In this document: piece after piece, positions 8,590-18,622 of the stretch
Position numbering within the stretch: the first letter of the stretch is position 1
How the letters are laid out: each line of letters starts with the position of its first letter
Assembly: GCA_026394655.1 (NCBI GenBank)
Contig: JAPKXU010000184.1
Coordinates: forward strand, 1-57,453
DNA length: 57,453 nt
From: Methanoregula sp.
GTDB lineage: Archaea; Halobacteriota; Methanomicrobia; Methanomicrobiales; Methanospirillaceae
Reading direction: 5' to 3'
Notes under the pieces: model-generated
What the model was told of the DNA's origin: nothing
The model's input: the letters and a program-made list of their open reading frames with translations, nothing else
Databases searched by the model: none
Translations under genes and position numbers: made by a program

Positions 8590-9471
8590 GTGGACGCACT
8601 CTCTCACGCCCTGATAACCTATATCCTGTTCACTGCACCCGGGTTATCCCCTCTCATCCCGTTTGCTATTCTCGGCGCGGTGATCCCGGACGCAGATATT
8701 ATCTTTCCGGCAATTTCTGACAAGACTCCTTCGCTGTACCTGTTCACGCATGGTGGAATTGCACACAGTATTTTTGGAGTGTTTGTTTTATCCCTGCTGT
8801 CATATGGCGCAGCCGGTCTGCTCGCGGCTGCCGGCATCATCCCGACCGGCGTTTTTACTGCAGCCGGTGTGTACGGGGTTGCTGCAATCTTTGCTGGCGC
8901 TCTACTACACGTGGCGATCGATGTGACTGCCTGCCCAGGTATCCCAATCATTGCCCCGTTCTCCGACCGGAAATACACACTCGGAATCCTCCCTGGTCCC
9001 AGTGTGCTTCTCGCCGGCGTAGCGCTCGGGGTCGTTGTTGTGACGCTGCTTTCGCTCCTGCCGTTCTCTTTTGCAATCATGCTCTACGGGGGCACGGTCA
9101 TTATCTATATTGCAGTAAGGCTTGGCGTGTTTCTGATTGCGGATGTAAAACTTTCCGGAAGGAAAATACCCTCCATCAACCCGCTTCGTTGGCTGGTAGT
9201 ACAGGAGGATGAGAGTTCGTACAAAATCCGGTACTACACACCCTTCCGTGGGTACTCGGACGAGGTAATATTTGAGAAGTTCAGGGATACTGACGCACGT
9301 GAACTCGCGGGTGTTCTAAAATCCCCGGAAGTTCGCCGTTTTCTCTTCCATTCGTATATCGTGACTGCTGAACGGAGCGGATCGGTCCTTACCCTTGTAG
9401 ATCCGCTTCGGGAGAAAGGGTACCTGTACTACCCTTTAAAATTCAAGCGGGTCGTCGTGAAACTGGATTGA
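8590..9471 (+). CDS. Membrane-bound metal-dependent hydrolase (YdjM/DUF457-like)
   Basis: MDALSH..GAVIPDAD..THGGIAHS..LLHVAIDV motifs and TM segments. Confidence 0.85.
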   Translation: MDALSHALITYILFTAPGLSPLIPFAILGAVIPDADIIFPAISDKTPSLYLFTHGGIAHSIFGVFVLSLLSYGAAGLLAAAGIIPTGVFTAAGVYGVAAIFAGALLHVAIDVTACPGIPIIAPFSDRKYTLGILPGPSVLLAGVALGVVVVTLLSLLPFSFAIMLYGGTVIIYIAVRLGVFLIADVKLSGRKIPSINPLRWLVVQEDESSYKIRYYTPFRGYSDEVIFEKFRDTDARELAGVLKSPEVRRFLFHSYIVTAERSGSVLTLVDPLREKGYLYYPLKFKRVVVKLD

Positions 9472-9925
9472 ACGGTCTGGTGCCGGAGAAAAATCATTTC
9501 CTCTGATGTAACCCCTTTCCTCAGGAGGATAATCAGGGTGCGGTTACTTGAACAATTTCGTTTATTTTCCCGAAGACGACGCAGAGGAACTACAGGATTC
9601 CATAATCTTCTTCTGTGCCAGGTCCCGCTGCTTATACCCCCGTAAGAAAGTGATCCGGTTACGATTGCACCGTGCGCTGGGAACAAAACGACACTATCCG
9701 GGTCTGTCCCTCGGGAGTTCCAGCAAAATTTCGCAGCATCGCACCGCCCGTGGTAATGTCTGCAACGTGAAACCGGACTAAAAAGGGCACCTGCCTTCGC
9801 AGTCACAGGTTCGTTAACCAGTTTTTCCAATTTGGCTTTCCTGAAATCCTCCTGATATAACGATGACACATCGGGAATCTTTTTTTACTTTGATCCGCAT
9901 TGAATTAAACAAAGGAGATTGTGAC

Positions 9926-10618
9926 ATGAGATACAAATATTTCCTGCCGGCATGCCTTGCCGTGATTCTTGTTCTTGCCTGCCTGCCACCTGCCAGTGCC
10001 GCCGCACCGATTGGCGGTAACCAGGGCTGGTATGCAGTGCACTGCAATGTTGATGGCGCCCAAGTCTACTTCGATGGAACGTATATGGGGGACATCGTCG
10101 GAGGCGTCCTCACGATTCCGGTGTATTCTACCGGTACCCCGTATAAGAATTATGCCGTCAGTAAATCCGGGTACACAACGTACTCCGCCCCGGTCGTCGG
10201 GGTGCCCGGCATTGGCGAGACGATCAATCTCTATGCCACGTTAAACCCGGTCGTACCGACAACACCCGCATCCATCGGTGGCAACCAGGGCTGGTATGTC
10301 GTCCACTGTAACGTGCCCGGCGCGACAGTCATGTTCGACAACACAGTCGAAGGTGTCATTACCCAGCAGGGGACGCTCACGGTGCCAGTCTATACAACCG
10401 GCACCCCGTTCCAGACTTACACAGTCTCGATGAACGGTTATGTCCCGTACACGAGCCCGATCACCAGTTTCCCCGGGAACGGGCAGTCGGTTGACCTCTA
10501 TGCCACGTTAAACCCGGCGCCTACCCCGGTACCGACAAAATCCCCAGTACCGGTAAGCCTTGTCATCATCGGTATTGGCATAGCAGGGCTCGCCTGTATG
10601 AGGAAAGGGCGGTTCTGA
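9926..10618 (+). CDS. Secreted/surface protein with two PEGA-like repeats and a C-terminal anchor
   Basis: GGAG RBS; signal peptide; two ~80-aa repeats IGGNQGWY.VHCNV.GA.V.FD...LYATLNP; tail PTKSPVP-TM-RKGRF. Confidence 0.8.
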   Translation: MRYKYFLPACLAVILVLACLPPASAAAPIGGNQGWYAVHCNVDGAQVYFDGTYMGDIVGGVLTIPVYSTGTPYKNYAVSKSGYTTYSAPVVGVPGIGETINLYATLNPVVPTTPASIGGNQGWYVVHCNVPGATVMFDNTVEGVITQQGTLTVPVYTTGTPFQTYTVSMNGYVPYTSPITSFPGNGQSVDLYATLNPAPTPVPTKSPVPVSLVIIGIGIAGLACMRKGRF

Positions 10619-10823
10619 TCCGGATTAACCCTATTTTTCTCGTTTTATATACGGCAGTTTCTTTCCTGCCGATTTCCAGAACCTGACGACAATACGGGAG
10701 CTGTCAAGTCACGTGCATGACGGAACCTGTAACGATAACATGCTCTGTTGCACAGGAACTCCGGTAGAAACACACCGTGCTGCCAGAGCATTTTTTATCA
10801 TGCCCGATACCAAACAGTCAGTC

Positions 10824-11570
10824 ATGAAGGAAGATACGCGGTGGAAGGTAATCGCAGGGATCGTGCTTATCGTGCTCTCCATTTTGATCTATGTAGCTGA
10901 TTTCCTGATTTTTCGGGACGCCCAGCACCTGTTTCTCTTCTTTATCGGGGACCTCGCATTCATACCGATCGAGATCCTTATTGTGTCCTTGATTATCGAC
11001 CATCTCCTCGGGTCGCGGGAGAAGCAGCAGCGGATGGAGAAACTGAACATGGTGATCGGGATGTTCTTCTCTACAATCGGCACACCACTCCTTGCCATGC
11101 TATCCCGTGCCGATCCGAATATTGCCTCGGTTCAGCCGCATCTGGTCGTTGGTGAAGGATGGCAGGCAAGCCAGTACCATGATGTTCAGGTATGCCTTGA
11201 AGCCCACCGGTGCAATATCGAGTCCTCCCGTATTGATAAAGAAGTCCTGCGGAATGTTCTTGTGCAGCACGAGGACTTCCTGTTCCGGCTTGTCGAGAAC
11301 CCGCTGGTCTTTGAGCACGAATCTTTCACCGATCTCCTCCTTGCAGTGAACCATCTGACCGAGGAACTGAAGGCGCGAGGGGACCTCTCGGTGCTCCCGG
11401 CAGCGGATCAGGCACACCTCACGGTTGACATGCAGCGTGTGTATGTCCGGCTGGTGCACCAGTGGCTTCGCTACATGGAATACCTGCGAGACCATTACCC
11501 GTACCTCTTCAGCCTTGCGATGCGGAAGAATCCCTTTGACCCGTCGGCGTCGGTCGTAATCGGCGGATGA
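10824..11570 (+). CDS. Hypothetical membrane protein (two N-terminal TMs, soluble C-terminal domain)
   Basis: Long ORF with natural composition; function not recognised; start uncertain (10800 is an alternative). Confidence 0.7.
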   Translation: MKEDTRWKVIAGIVLIVLSILIYVADFLIFRDAQHLFLFFIGDLAFIPIEILIVSLIIDHLLGSREKQQRMEKLNMVIGMFFSTIGTPLLAMLSRADPNIASVQPHLVVGEGWQASQYHDVQVCLEAHRCNIESSRIDKEVLRNVLVQHEDFLFRLVENPLVFEHESFTDLLLAVNHLTEELKARGDLSVLPAADQAHLTVDMQRVYVRLVHQWLRYMEYLRDHYPYLFSLAMRKNPFDPSASVVIGG

Positions 11571-11784
11571 TCACAGCTTGGAGTGTGCCACGATTCGGGT
11601 GTCCGATGGTACCGGGTCATATTTTTTATAAAGAGACCAGGATGCGCTCGACACTGCACGAGAAAAGATAACAGATTATTGAACAACCACGGGTTCTGAA
11701 TATCGACACCGATCTGATCTATGGGGATATCTGTCAGATACGATTGACAATAAACGCTAAAATCGTAGATTATAACTGACGATT

Positions 11785-12531
11785 TTACATTTTACGACGG
11801 ATAAACGGGATGCTGTTATATACAACTCCTTGACTACCTGTTCCGACGGGGGCGGGGCATTGTGGGTTGGCAGATGGGCAATCCCCCAAATCCCGGTTAT
11901 TTTCCCCGCCGCGTATAACCCCGACCCGTCCCTTCTCCACTGCAAGCTCAAAGCCAAGGTCTTCAAGGTACTTCCGGCTCGTGCCTTCACCGTGGATCAA
12001 CAGTTCTACGAGATCTTCTTTTTCATCAATGTCCGTGTGGAGCCGGAACGAATCGATTACCTCGCAGGAGAGCCCGGCATCCTCTGCAATCTTCATGTGC
12101 TTGTTAAAACTCGTCCCATAGTAATCGACGTGGAACCGGGCGGGCTCCGCGAGGAAGATCACGTTCGTCCCCCCGCCGCGCCCGGGCACCATCGCCATAT
12201 CCTTTTTAGTTGCACAGACCCGTTCGATCGCGCTGCTCGTTGCCAGCGGGAGGTCAGCCATGATGATCAGCATCTGCCCGCCGATGGACTGGGGGATGAT
12301 CGAGTTTAAGGTCTGGTTCAGGTCAGCGTCCTTCACCGTCACCTGCACATCGTCACTGTCAAACAGTTCTGTGCCGACGACCACTGGGCTGCACCCGGCG
12401 CCTTTTACTGCGGTGATCACGTCGGTGAGCATTGCACGGGCAAAGGTCTCCCGCTCCTCCTGGTTGAGGATGCAGGAGAGCCGGGTCTTGGGGTTGACCG
12501 GTTTATAGGGGATAAATGCGTGAGGGAACAT
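11785..12531 (-). CDS. cofC: 2-phospho-L-lactate guanylyltransferase (F420 biosynthesis)
   Basis: IPYKPVNPKTRLS, IIMADLPL, PGRGGGTN, DIDEKEDL. Confidence 0.92.
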   Translation of the reverse strand: MFPHAFIPYKPVNPKTRLSCILNQEERETFARAMLTDVITAVKGAGCSPVVVGTELFDSDDVQVTVKDADLNQTLNSIIPQSIGGQMLIIMADLPLATSSAIERVCATKKDMAMVPGRGGGTNVIFLAEPARFHVDYYGTSFNKHMKIAEDAGLSCEVIDSFRLHTDIDEKEDLVELLIHGEGTSRKYLEDLGFELAVEKGRVGVIRGGENNRDLGDCPSANPQCPAPVGTGSQGVVYNSIPFIRRKM

Positions 12532-12795
12532 CTCTTACGCAGCTATGCAGGGCATCCACAAAAAGATGCTGATAGTGAACAGGAACTCCGGAGAAACCTC
12601 TCCAACCAATCTTCCAAAACGCCGGACAACATCAATCCCGTATCGTTCAGGATAGAAAAATCATCACGCGAACCTGCCATCGCAACAAATTTTCTCCGGT
12701 GAACGATTGGGCATTCACGTCCCGCAAAACAGGGCTTGAACCAGTACATCAGTCTGCGAAAAACTAAAAAAGGGGATGATTCGTTCGCTGTCGCG

Positions 12796-13344
12796 TTACG
12801 CACACCGGAAGGAGTAACCCAGAATGATAGAGAGGATCCCCCAGAACACGAAGTATGCCCCGATAAAGATGAGTGCCAGCACTGCGCCGAAAATGGGCAG
12901 GATGATGATTAAAAAACCGCAGACGAGTGAGATGATCCCCTGGAGCGCGAAAATACCGCGATGGGTCATGTATTTTTCAGTTGATGCAAGGATCAGGCAG
13001 ATCAGTCCTGCCACAAACAGGGCAATTCCCACGAGCGTGAAGATGACTCCCCCCATCACCACGGGTGACAGTATGGTTACTATACCGAAGAAGAACCCGA
13101 TGATCCCGAGGATGGCAAGGAGTGCCGCGTTTTTCCAGCCACCGGGGGATACAGCTGCTATCATGAGTGCTCCAAACGAGAGCACTATGATGAAGATCCC
13201 AATAAGTTCTACAAGGACAGTTGCCGAGATACCGGGGAACAATACTATCAGCAGTCCGAAGACCACTGCCAGTAAACCAATAAGGACGAGCGCTCCCCAT
13301 TTTACATGGGTGACCTGAACAGCCACCACCGTGTCATCTGTCAT
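12796..13344 (-). CDS. HdeD/DUF308 family membrane protein
   Basis: Three repeated TM hairpins (GLLAVVFGLLIVLFP / GIIGFFFGIVTILSP / GIISLVCGFLIIILP). Confidence 0.82.
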   Translation of the reverse strand: MTDDTVVAVQVTHVKWGALVLIGLLAVVFGLLIVLFPGISATVLVELIGIFIIVLSFGALMIAAVSPGGWKNAALLAILGIIGFFFGIVTILSPVVMGGVIFTLVGIALFVAGLICLILASTEKYMTHRGIFALQGIISLVCGFLIIILPIFGAVLALIFIGAYFVFWGILSIILGYSFRCA

Positions 13345-13501
13345 AATGTTACCGTATAATCCATCTCGGATTGCGGTATTTAATGATTGTGACACCGTTC
13401 CTGGTTGCCGATCACTGGCATCCCCGCTCCTTACCTGTCGGGATGCCGGATTAGATCCGGTATATGCAGGCGGATTTCCGCGCCGTTATTGCCTGCTTCC
13501 G

Positions 13502-14128
13502 TCAGGAATATTTGTACGTGATATACAGGACAAAATCCCCGCTGCCACCCACTGAGGTCACGAGAATGTGATAATCCCCGACAGAGGGATAGGGAATGTC
13601 GATCTGTTCGCTGGGACTGAACCCCGCGGATTTGTAATCGTAATTATGGCTGGTGGGGTCAAGCCCTTTCTGCACATACAGGTCAAAATCTGTATTTTGC
13701 GGACCGACCAGCCGGATCGAGTACAAGGAGGTTGTGGGATCCCGGATCGTGGTGGTAATCCGGTACGAACCCCCGTTATCGACATGCCCGTAGAGGGTTT
13801 CAGATGGCGTGTGGGAATAACCGGTAGTGGTGGTGGGGGTTAGCGTCGTCTTTGTTGTAATGGCAGGTGTCGGTGCTGCCATAATCCCTACAGCTGCAAA
13901 AAAAATGATGACTAAAAATAAGATCCCGAATATCACGAGGACCCAGCCCAAAGTTGACATGCCTTTCTTTGCCTGCGGAGGTGCCTGTGGGGGCTGAGGC
14001 TGGGGAAATGCAGGAGCCGGTGCCTGTACGGGTGCAACAGGCAGAGGTGCTCCGCACTGTTCACAGAATTTGCCTTCCGGTGTGTTCTTTTGGCAATTTG
14101 GGCAGATTACGATGGTTAACGCCCCCAA
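13502..14128 (-). CDS. Zinc-ribbon + TM + PPC (pre-peptidase C-terminal) domain protein
   Basis: CPNC..FCEQCG, Pro/Gln linker, TM, Thr-rich stalk, TDFDLYV..SEQIDI..GDYHILV. Confidence 0.78.
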   Translation of the reverse strand: MGALTIVICPNCQKNTPEGKFCEQCGAPLPVAPVQAPAPAFPQPQPPQAPPQAKKGMSTLGWVLVIFGILFLVIIFFAAVGIMAAPTPAITTKTTLTPTTTTGYSHTPSETLYGHVDNGGSYRITTTIRDPTTSLYSIRLVGPQNTDFDLYVQKGLDPTSHNYDYKSAGFSPSEQIDIPYPSVGDYHILVTSVGGSGDFVLYITYKYS

Positions 14129-14287
14129 GGTTCAGGTTAAATTATCTACCGGAAATTAATTAATCTTTTGATTCGCCTGAACGGTTCAGGTGCCAAAAGG
14201 ATATCCTGATTGGTGTCAGGGGGTCACCAGACACGCGGAGGCAGCACTTGACCGTGTTGCATGTTTGAGGGCATCGGGAAGCGATCC

Positions 14288-15517
14288 TCAGGCACCCTCC
14301 ATCCGCATGATCCACGCCATCAGCCGCCCTGCCCGGCTCCGCTTCAACCGGATCGCGGAGTCCGTGCACATCTCGTGGCAGCAGTAACAGCGGATGCACT
14401 TCGCCCGGTTGATCTGCGGGACATTTCCCGTCATCGTTATTGCGCCCACCGGGCAGCCCCGTTCGCACTTCCGGCATGCTTTGCACTGCGTTGCATCGAT
14501 CTCCGGTCTGGGTACATACAGCCTCCCGGCTGCCTGCATGAGCGAGAGGAGAACGGAGTGCTTCATCCCCCGGTTGCCCCCCTGGTACGATGCGGGTTTC
14601 CGGTAATCCGGGACAATGCACTGCTTGATATCATCCCCGACAAGCCGGATACCGGAACCGTCGGCGGCATACAATCCACGCTCTACAGCAGCGGCGATCG
14701 TGCAGACTTCCATCGGGTCGATGCCGATGAGCCGTGCCGCCGTCGCATCGAGCGCGCTGTAATCCGCGCTCGCGAGGATGACCCCGATCTTTCTTGGCGA
14801 TCCGGCAGTCGGACCATTCCCCTCCATACCGAAGACCGCGTCCATCACCTGCAACCGGGGTTTCACGACCATGTTGATATCGACAAGCATCTTCCCGAAG
14901 GCTTGTTCGGTGGGAAACCGGGCGTGAAGCGAGAGTTTCTCAAGACCAGGAATGAGCCCGAACAGGTTCTTTGTCCCGCCGCTCATGCAGGTCCACATAT
15001 GCGTCTTCAGCTTGGAAACGACAACAATGGCATCCGCCGACAGCGCCGGGTTGATGATGGGCAGTTGTCTCACCACCGCCCCATCCGTTGTTGGGACGAT
15101 GGTGAAACCGGTATCGGTGTTCAGCTCCGCCCCGAGTTCCTCTGCAACCCGGTCATACCCGGCACCAGCGTATGCCCGTTTCAGGTTCGCTTCGGTATAC
15201 GGGATTGCGGCAGCGGGACTGTCCGCGATTACGACCCGGCACCCGTGCTCCCGGAGGAGTTGGATCACTGCCCGGAGGACTTCCGGATGGGTTGTCACGC
15301 ACCGGTCAGGTGCAAGCCCCTGGAGCAGGTTCGGCTTGACAAGGACAGTATTCCCCGGCGCGGCAAACGCACCGATGCCCCCGCAGAGATCGACCGCCCG
15401 TTTCACGGCAGCAAACACAGTGTCGCGCCCGTAGTCTTCGCACCGGACAACAGCGACGGTCTTAACGGGTGTTCTTTCAGGAGTAATGGGCAGGGTCTCG
15501 ATCATGGTATCGGGCAT
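14288..15517 (-). CDS. DUF362 domain protein with C-terminal 2x[4Fe-4S] ferredoxin
   Basis: VLVKPNLL, TTHPEV, KLKTH..KNLFG, GMEGNGP; CKACRKCERGCP and CIRCYCCHEMC. Confidence 0.9.
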   Translation of the reverse strand: MPDTMIETLPITPERTPVKTVAVVRCEDYGRDTVFAAVKRAVDLCGGIGAFAAPGNTVLVKPNLLQGLAPDRCVTTHPEVLRAVIQLLREHGCRVVIADSPAAAIPYTEANLKRAYAGAGYDRVAEELGAELNTDTGFTIVPTTDGAVVRQLPIINPALSADAIVVVSKLKTHMWTCMSGGTKNLFGLIPGLEKLSLHARFPTEQAFGKMLVDINMVVKPRLQVMDAVFGMEGNGPTAGSPRKIGVILASADYSALDATAARLIGIDPMEVCTIAAAVERGLYAADGSGIRLVGDDIKQCIVPDYRKPASYQGGNRGMKHSVLLSLMQAAGRLYVPRPEIDATQCKACRKCERGCPVGAITMTGNVPQINRAKCIRCYCCHEMCTDSAIRLKRSRAGRLMAWIMRMEGA

Positions 15518-15540
15518 GGTCGTTATGTCCCACGGCGTGA

Positions 15541-16590
15541 TCAGACCGGAGTGATCTCTTTCTCGCGCCGGAACCTGTCGGGAGGGATATGCATCTCAAA
15601 CCGTGTGCCCTTTCCGGGCTCACCGGTCTCAGTGATGGTAATTTTGGTCATTGCGAGGATCTCGCGGACAAGGAACAGACCCCACCCGGTATTTTTCCCA
15701 ACCCCGCGTTCAAAACATTTCTCCTTATAGGTTGCGGGTATGCCTTCCCCATTGTCTGCGAATACGAGCACAACCCCGCGAGAATCCTCCACTAAAGAGA
15801 TGTGGATCTCTGTCACGTTCCCACCAAAACGTATTGCATTGTCAAACAGGTAGAAGATCGCCCTCTCGAATATGGGGTCGGCACAGACGGCGGCATTCCC
15901 GCAGTTCCCGACAACCCGGATGGTCTTTAAGTCGAAAAGTTCTCCTGCGCGGCGGACAGCGGAACGGATCATCTGCCAACGGGGAGGTTCGATGCCAAGA
16001 TACTGGTATTCCTTGGCATACTGGAACTGGGTGCGGATCTTATTGAGGGCATTCTGTTCTTTTTCCAGGTACGACTTCATTGTCGGGTCTTCGATCAGCA
16101 TGCTCAGGAGCTCGGTATACCCGTTGACGGCAGTCAACTGGTTCAGAACATCGTGGCGGGTGATGCTGCCGACCAGCTCGAGCTTTTTGTTCAGGGCGAT
16201 GATCTGCTGTCTCTGGCGCTCCAGATCCACCGCTGTATCAATCAAAATAAGCAGAGCGGGGATGGCTGAGGCAACGGGTTCCGGCAGCACGAAGTAGTGT
16301 GCCCGGTGCAGCAGGGTTTCCTGCGCGACATGGGGGGAGTAACTGGCGGATACAAGGATCACCGGGAGTTCTGGACACTGGCTTTGCAGCACACCGATGA
16401 GGGTAAGAGGTGCCTGTCCCGGATCATCGTGCAGTACAATGACCACGTCTACAGTTCCCGTCCTGTACAGTTCTCCCACGGCTTCGGGTGAGGGCGTGGC
16501 AATAACCCGGCATTTTCCTGTTTCGTTCAGGCGGCGCAGAAGCTCCTCGTGCCGACCGGTCTTCTCCTCAATAAGAGCAACCGAAATCAT
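15541..16590 (-). CDS. Histidine kinase with a degenerate N-terminal receiver-like domain
   Basis: ITRHDVLNQL H-box, LFDNAIRFG N-box, DNGEGIP, TGWGLFL, GKGTRF. Confidence 0.88.
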   Translation of the reverse strand: MISVALIEEKTGRHEELLRRLNETGKCRVIATPSPEAVGELYRTGTVDVVIVLHDDPGQAPLTLIGVLQSQCPELPVILVSASYSPHVAQETLLHRAHYFVLPEPVASAIPALLILIDTAVDLERQRQQIIALNKKLELVGSITRHDVLNQLTAVNGYTELLSMLIEDPTMKSYLEKEQNALNKIRTQFQYAKEYQYLGIEPPRWQMIRSAVRRAGELFDLKTIRVVGNCGNAAVCADPIFERAIFYLFDNAIRFGGNVTEIHISLVEDSRGVVLVFADNGEGIPATYKEKCFERGVGKNTGWGLFLVREILAMTKITITETGEPGKGTRFEMHIPPDRFRREKEITPV

Positions 16591-16725
16591 ACCTCGTTAC
16601 GCTGATATTGAACGGCTGTATCATTATGTTTATCCCCCCGGATTTTTTCATCCCCGTTTTTTGAGGGGCGAATGTCGTCCCGGCAGTACCACCAGCTTTT
16701 TTTAATGGGGCGTGAACCTGTACCC

Positions 16726-17709
16726 ATGCAGCGTCGCGTGATCACGTTCTCCAGAAACGTCTTTCTTCCTCTCACCACGGTCTGCCGGAACCGGTGCGGG
16801 TACTGCTCGTTCCGTACACCGGTGCAGGCAGGCTGCGTCATGGCACCCTCAGACGTGGAGCAGGTCCTTATACGCGGCGCACAGGCAGGCTGCACGGAAG
16901 CGCTCTTCACCTTTGGCGAGCACCCGGAGGAGGAGCCGGGGTTCGATGCCTGCATCCGTGCAACCGGGTATGCGACCATTCTCGATTACTGCATGGCGAT
17001 GAGCAGGGCAGGTATCGGGTACGGCATCCTGCCGCACACGAACGCCGGGATCCTCACGTACGAGGAGATGGAGCGGCTGCGGCAGGTGAACGCGAGCATG
17101 GGGCTGATGCTCGAAACTACGGCGGATCTCCCGGCGCACAAAGGATCGAAAGGGAAATCTCCTGAAGTCCGGCTTGCCATGCTGGAAGATGCAGGCAGAC
17201 TCAAAATCCCATTCACCACGGGTCTTCTCTTAGGCATCGGTGAAACCGTGGCAGATAGAGAGGAGTCGCTAGTCGCGATCCGGGACGTTCACCGGCGCTA
17301 CGGGCACATACAGGAAGTGATCCTCCAGAACTTCTGCCCCAAGCCCGGAACAGTAATGGCGGCATTCCATGTGCCCTCAACCGAAGAGATCTGTGCGACG
17401 GTCCGGCTGGCACGAGAGATCCTGCCAAAAGAGATCGCGGTCCAGATCCCGCCCAACCTGATCGATGCCGCGCTGCTCATCGGGTGTGGGGTGGACGATC
17501 TCGGCGGTGTATCCCCTCTCACGATCGATTACGTGAACCCGGAGCACCCGTGGCCCGCGATTGCCGAACTCAACACCATCGTTGGCGATGCTCTGCTGCG
17601 GGAGCGCCTCTGCATTTATCCGAGGTACATTGAAAAAGGCTGGTATCACCCTGACTTGCAACCCCTAATAAAGCGGCTCGAACAAACCATTAAGCAAGGG
17701 AGCAGGTGA
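16726..17709 (+). CDS. cofG: FO synthase subunit CofG (radical SAM)
   Basis: ITFSRNVFLPLTTVCRNRCGYCSF, CTEALFTFGE, LPHTNAG, SMGLMLET, QIPPNL, DYVNPEHPWP. Confidence 0.95.
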   Translation: MQRRVITFSRNVFLPLTTVCRNRCGYCSFRTPVQAGCVMAPSDVEQVLIRGAQAGCTEALFTFGEHPEEEPGFDACIRATGYATILDYCMAMSRAGIGYGILPHTNAGILTYEEMERLRQVNASMGLMLETTADLPAHKGSKGKSPEVRLAMLEDAGRLKIPFTTGLLLGIGETVADREESLVAIRDVHRRYGHIQEVILQNFCPKPGTVMAAFHVPSTEEICATVRLAREILPKEIAVQIPPNLIDAALLIGCGVDDLGGVSPLTIDYVNPEHPWPAIAELNTIVGDALLRERLCIYPRYIEKGWYHPDLQPLIKRLEQTIKQGSR

Positions 17710-18443
17710 CCGTGAAACAAAAAGACCTCCTGTACACAGGCAAGGCAAAATCGGTGTACCGTACTGATGCGAAGGGAAAACTCATCGTAGAGTTCCGGGA
17801 CGACATCACTGCCTTTGATGGCGGCAAAAAGGATGTTCTGGCGAAGAAGGGGAGTTACAACGCGGAGGTCTCCCGGTTCATCTTTGAGTATCTCGAAGAG
17901 CACGGGGTCAAAACTCATTTTCTTTCCATGATCGACGAACGGCGGATGGTCGTACGCGAACTCGCGATGGTCCCGCTCGAAGTGATCGTGCGAAATGTTG
18001 CCGCAGGCTCTATCGTGCGCAACTATCCATTCAAAGAGGGCACACCCTTAAACCCGCCCGTTATCGTGATCGATTACAAGGACGATTCCCGCCATGATCC
18101 GATGTTGAACGATGATCTGATCATCGCGCTCGGGCTCACCACAGCGCAGGAACTGGCAAAGATAAAGACGGTCGCCCTTGAGATCAACCGGCTCCTGTCA
18201 GCACTCCTGTTGAAGCAGGGGATCACCCTTGTCGATTTCAAGATAGAGTTTGGCAGGCAGGGCAGGACGATCTATCTCGGTGACGAGATCAGCATGGACT
18301 CGATGCGCCTCTGGGACAAAAAGACCGGCGCCTCACTTGATAAGGATGTGTACCGGTTCAACAAAGGCGACGTAATGGCGACTTATAACAATGTTGCAGG
18401 ACGGATCACGGGTAAAAAGTCCCCGGCGCAGAACAAACGGTGA
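17706..18443 (+). CDS. purC: SAICAR synthetase
   Basis: LYTGKAKSVY, FRDDITAFDG, PLEVIVRNVAAGS, LVDFKIEFG, DEISMDSMRLWD. Confidence 0.96.
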   Translation: MTVKQKDLLYTGKAKSVYRTDAKGKLIVEFRDDITAFDGGKKDVLAKKGSYNAEVSRFIFEYLEEHGVKTHFLSMIDERRMVVRELAMVPLEVIVRNVAAGSIVRNYPFKEGTPLNPPVIVIDYKDDSRHDPMLNDDLIIALGLTTAQELAKIKTVALEINRLLSALLLKQGITLVDFKIEFGRQGRTIYLGDEISMDSMRLWDKKTGASLDKDVYRFNKGDVMATYNNVAGRITGKKSPAQNKR

Positions 18444-18453
18444 GGACAAGCAG

Positions 18454-18567
18454 ATGACAACATTTGTTCTGACAATTACGGTCGGGCTTAAGGAAGCGGG
18501 GCTTGGATCGGTTGACGAGAAGAAGATCTTCGATTCGATGATCTGCGCAATAGAACGCAAAGCATAA
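18454..18567 (+). pseudogene. purS N-terminus fused to purQ C-terminus (deletion scar, 37 aa)
   Basis: MTTFVLTITVGLKE (PurS-like start) + AGLGSVDEKKIFDSMICAIERKA (PurQ-like end), immediately after purC. Confidence 0.7.
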
Positions 18568-18622
18568 CGTGTCCGGTGGAATACAATCATAAAACCGGTA
18601 TGTAACAAACGGCTGGAAGACC

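Noticed and set aside
12550-12563. 14-bp match (TTTTGTGGATGCCC) shared with 46080-46093
   Set aside because: Several 14-mer matches are expected by chance; the contexts are inconsistent.
14261-15730. 489-aa plus-strand ORF
   Set aside because: Antisense shadow of the GC-rich DUF362 gene; no motifs.
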